Assembly (NCBI RefSeq): GCF_006345805.1 | Contig: NW_021826728.1 | Location: 1-12,041 of the forward strand | DNA: 12,041 nt | Source of the DNA: Octopus sinensis | Taxonomy: Eukaryota | Direction: 5' to 3' | In this document: positions 8,822 to 12,041 of the stretch, in pieces | Layout: every line of letters starts with the position of its first letter | How positions within the stretch are numbered: position 1 is the first letter of the stretch | Notes under the pieces: generated by a model | The model's input: only the letters and a program-made list of their open reading frames with translations | Database searches by the model: none | Told to the model about the DNA's origin: nothing | Made by a program: the position numbers and the translations under genes

Positions 8822-9149
8822 CGCATACATGAAAGTATGGTTAGGAATATAATTATAATTCTCCAACCAATTTCCAGCGTTTTGTTCTCTATATTTTGCC
8901 TTCAATTATTACATTTCTTAGTTCGCATTTTGTTGGTGTATTAAGGTGGTTCGAACCACTGCCGTAGTTCGGTGAACCAGATTAGCATAGAAAGAGCTTG
9001 AGATTACCTCGATCACCACACCTAAGGTTTAGTCACTTGTTGGGCTAGACCCTTGGGGATTGAGTTTATATGCGAGAAAATCATGCATACTGAAATTTAG
9101 AAATACGCGTCTATTAATATAGAGACAAGTGCCTAAACGCACACGCATA

Positions 9150-9330
9150 TCTGTTATATAAAATCCGTTCTGCCTTTCTGTGTGTGTGTCTTCTAGGATC
9201 TCGGGCATCCTCTATCCGATCGCACTCAAATTTGATATGTAGATACCGACGGTATCAGAGCGTGTATAAGTCTTGAAAATAATTACAAAAATCGATTCCA
9301 GGTGAGAATGCGATCGATAAAGTCGTAGGA
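9150..9330 (+). mobile_element. Probable Helitron-type non-autonomous element, 5' portion
   Basis: A|TCTGTTATATAAAA start, then a TG/TCTG tract and the core CCGATCGCACTCAAATTTGA. This is the same layout as the 5408-5701 Helitron. No 3' hairpin-CTAG was found, so the right boundary is approximate. Confidence 0.55.
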
Positions 9331-9487
9331 ACGCGCATTTGTACGCGCAAGTACATCAGCTGTTGCGATGTACTTATTGGTACTTTAAACTCTTCGGTTG
9401 CATATTTGTGTGAATAAAATCGTTTTACTTTGGAATAGAAAAAAAAAGTCCTTCTTCTTTTGCTGCTGTCTCATATTTAGGTTAAAT

Positions 9488-9547
9488 CAGTGTTTCTCAA
9501 AGAGGAGGCCTATGGGACGGTCGGACAAGTTGTTTTGAGAAAATTTG
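9488..9547. mobile_element. 60-bp hAT (Charlie-like) miniature element
   Basis: Imperfect 14-bp TIRs CAGTGTTTCTCAAA and TTTGAGAAAATTTG (11/14). Flanking 8-mers GGTTAAAT (9480-9487) and GTTTAAAT (9548-9555) match 7/8. Confidence 0.55.
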
Positions 9548-10020
9548 GTTTAAATGTTTGACTACTCAGCACCGTCCATTGGACGGGGATGGGGGGCTTT
9601 TGCTCGTACATACACATGCACATATACACGCATATACACACACATATATGATTACTCTTATATTTATTATTCTCAAACAACTATGCTGTTGGCAGTGACT
9701 TCGAAGTCCTGCATTTTATATAGTCTTTGTCGAGTCAAAATCATCTTAGGATATGTAGCTTTGAGTGGTGGTGGTAATTACTCTTATATCTGTAACTATA
9801 TATATTTTTTGTCTGTGCTCCTTAGCATAGGCTAAGGATTTTTTAAAAGCAGAAAACTCCACAAATAATTAATCCAAGTAATGTTTCAGCTTTCGACAAC
9901 ATATTATTCTATTTTTCGTACTGAGTAGCCTCTTTTTCACTTGTTTATCTAACGTATTCACATCCAGCTATTTCTTCCTCTCGCTTCCTCTCTCTCACTA
10001 CATTCACACACAAATTTACC

Positions 10021-10102
10021 CACATACACACGTACATCCATATATATATATACATACATATATACATAATATACATACATACATACATATACATATATAT
10101 AC

Positions 10103-10144
<42 letters not shown>

Positions 10145-10206
10145 ATATATTTTGTGTGTATCTCTCTCCTCTCTCTATATATATTATATATATGTATATA
10201 TTATAT

Positions 10207-10242
<36 letters not shown>

Positions 10243-10312
10243 TTGTATGTCTCTCTCTCTCTCTCTATCTATCTATATATATATATATTATATATAATAT
10301 ATATATATATAT
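10021..10312. repeat. Compound (CA)/(TACA)/(TA)/(CT) microsatellite block
   Basis: Directly visible. Confidence 0.93.
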
Positions 10313-10633
10313 CTGTTTTGTGTATATCTGTAATTCTTTTGAAATAAACCGTTTTGAAAAACGTCCGTTCAAGGTAAAATATATGAGAGAACTCGTTTAT
10401 TTCCTTGTTTCACACAAATTCTTGTTCTCTTCACAATGCGATAAATGTTATAAGAAAATGCGATTTTAATTTATTGTTATCGTAATAACTACCTTACTAT
10501 TGTCGTGAATTACAGCATTTAACTGGCGACAGCGTGTTGCCGGGAATTGACATTTTAAACAATTACAACAGCCAACCACGAACACATACCTTTTCATTAT
10601 TTTTCTGTAATTCTTTTTCGCGTTTTTTACTCC

Positions 10634-10710
10634 CTCTTCTCTCTCTCTCTCTCTCTGTCTCTCCTATTTCTCTCTCTCAGTGTTTGTTTCTGTCTTTCTC
10701 TTTCTCTTCT
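10634..10710. repeat. Imperfect (CT)n microsatellite
   Basis: Directly visible. Confidence 0.85.
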
Positions 10711-10899
10711 ATTTACAGAATTGTTTACCGGGTTTTAGACTTATCGAAGGGCTTGTTACGCAAAGAAAGTGTTGTAGATTCATTGCGATTGATAAGCGAA
10801 GTTGACTTATCTATAAATGAATTTTTCATATGAGTGCAAGTTAGTCTACATACATACACTGAGTACATCGACTCAAAATACTGGGGCATTGACATACCA

Positions 10900-11235
10900 T
10901 TGACATACCAAGCCACAAAGTTATTTCCAAATGACACGCAATCTCTGAGATCGAACATCGGAATAAGAGAGGGTAAATTCAAACACAGGCATTTAAACTA
11001 TAAGTCCCTCTCTTTACATCGACTTATCTTTTAGATTTATAACACCTGAAAAAGCGCAAAAGTATAAAGTTGCATATGGCGCTTGAAAGGTCAAAGCACG
11101 AAGTTTTGTCATTCTTGGTGTATCTGGTACTTCAGGAACAATCATATCCTCTTAGTAAATTTATGTGGGTACCGTAATAGTTAAAAATTCTTCATCCTCA
11201 ACATGAAAGAAAAATAAAATATCAAATCAGATCAA
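10900..11235 (+). mobile_element. Penelope-like element GIY-YIG endonuclease remnant (Neptune/Naiad-like pattern)
   Basis: One frame reads LTYQAT...NIGIREGKFKHRHLNYKS...*SCIWRLKGQSTKFCHSWCI. After a shift it reads *KFFILN...*NIKSD. This matches IVYQAT..YIG.TE..FK.RY.NHKS..LSKYIW.LK......W.I..EK.FIL..LN.RSE. In-frame TAG, TGA and TAA stops are present. Confidence 0.78.
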
Positions 11236-11287
11236 AATACAAACAGAATATCAGAAGGCCATAGATGACTCTGAAAAAAGAAAGTCC

Positions 11288-11667
11288 GAGACCTATACTA
11301 GCCTCTGAATTGGATATCACTGCACTGTTCCAAAGGTCCCAGCTATCCTGTCTAGAGTGAGGGCCATGTACTGCGATAGCTTGGGATTCAAGGGCCCACA
11401 GTTATTTAATGGCTCGCCAAAGTATTTGTGGGATCTTCATGGAATAAGGGTAGATGTTTTCAAGAAACAACTTGACCTTCTGCTGTCCATAGTTCCAGAT
11501 GAACCCATATTATGGAAAGAAACTCAAAAAAAAAAAAGCAGCTGTGTTGGACTCCCTCCTTCTCCAAAAGCCGATCGCTTAAGAATGGCCATTGAAAGGT
11601 GATTACGCTGGCGCTGCTCCACTATGATCACATCTATTGATCTGAGACATAAATTGATCAAAGAATA
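11288..11667 (+). mobile_element. LINE (CR1/L2 group) ORF2 C-terminus and 3' UTR fragment
   Basis: ETYTSL*IGYHCTVPKVP..YCDSLGFKGPQLFN..PKYLWDLHGIRVDVFKKQLDLLLSIVPDEP matches the ORF2 end pattern G..LFN.LP...FK..LD.FL..VPD.P. A SINE-like tail follows at 11610-11667. Confidence 0.88.
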
Positions 11668-11898
11668 CATATACACACACACGCTTTCACTACTACCACA
11701 TACATACATGTATGTATCTGCGAGATTGTCAAAACCATTTATTTAAGGAAGAACTGAAGAACTGAATATATCAAAAATGAGAGAAATGCTTTCGTTTATT
11801 CATAAGATATCTAAGGTTGATACAAAAGATTTCAAAACGAACAGAATGTAATTCTGTCAATTTCTCATCTTAGAATGAATTTGAATTTCAAAACGTAA

Positions 11899-12041
11899 AT
11901 CTACCCCTATTCCATGAAGATCCCTCAAATACTTTGGAAATCCATTAAATAACTGTGGGCCCTTGAATCCCAAGCTATCGCAGTACATGGCCCTCACTCT
12001 AGAAAGAATAGCTGGGACCTTTGTAAGAGTGCAGTGATATC
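11899..12041 (-). mobile_element. Inverted copy of LINE segment 11313-11455, running off the window edge
   Basis: Hand alignment gives 134/143 identical with no gaps, including a 62-bp perfect block. Confidence 0.95.

Noticed and set aside
8946-8959. Perfect 14-bp palindrome GTGGTTCGAACCAC resembling a tRNA T-arm or B box
   Set aside because: No A box or cloverleaf upstream, and one palindrome of this length is unsurprising in 12 kb.
9562-9586. Hairpin CCGTCC-ATT-GGACGG as a possible minus-strand Helitron 3' end
   Set aside because: The terminus would read GTAG|T rather than CTRR|T, and no matching 5' end was found.
10523-10543. GC-rich hairpin CTGGCGACA-GCG-TGTTGCCGG in unique DNA
   Set aside because: It needs several G-U pairs, has no CTRR terminus or other context, and cannot be told from chance.
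11047-11049. In-frame TGA in the PLE endonuclease as possible selenocysteine recoding (reported for Naiad elements)
   Set aside because: In-frame TAG (11032) and TAA (11065) flank it, so simple decay explains it, and I saw no SECIS.

Overview
AT-rich, microsatellite-dense, non-coding eukaryotic DNA made largely of decayed transposable elements. I found no intact host gene. The tRNA-derived SINE families, (TA)n/(CA)n/(CAT)n density and LINE 3' ends resemble Octopus (coleoid cephalopod) repeats; this is inferred from recalled repeat sequences, not a database search. Most listed ORFs are microsatellite or SINE artefacts. Contents in order: a pseudogenised Helitron PIF1-helicase region (1-1180); a repeat with a degenerate minimal hammerhead-ribozyme motif (1439-1473); SINE copies; a 141-bp mariner-type MITE; two Penelope-like GIY-YIG remnants; a TSD-bounded chimeric SINE with a nested antisense SINE (4325-4926); a complete 294-bp non-autonomous Helitron; an internally deleted CR1/L2-group LINE; a 60-bp hAT-like element; and a LINE 3' fragment with an inverted near-copy at the window edge. 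I cannot claim a new biological system. The best leads are the hammerhead-bearing repeat, the chimeric SINE and the long inverted repeats.
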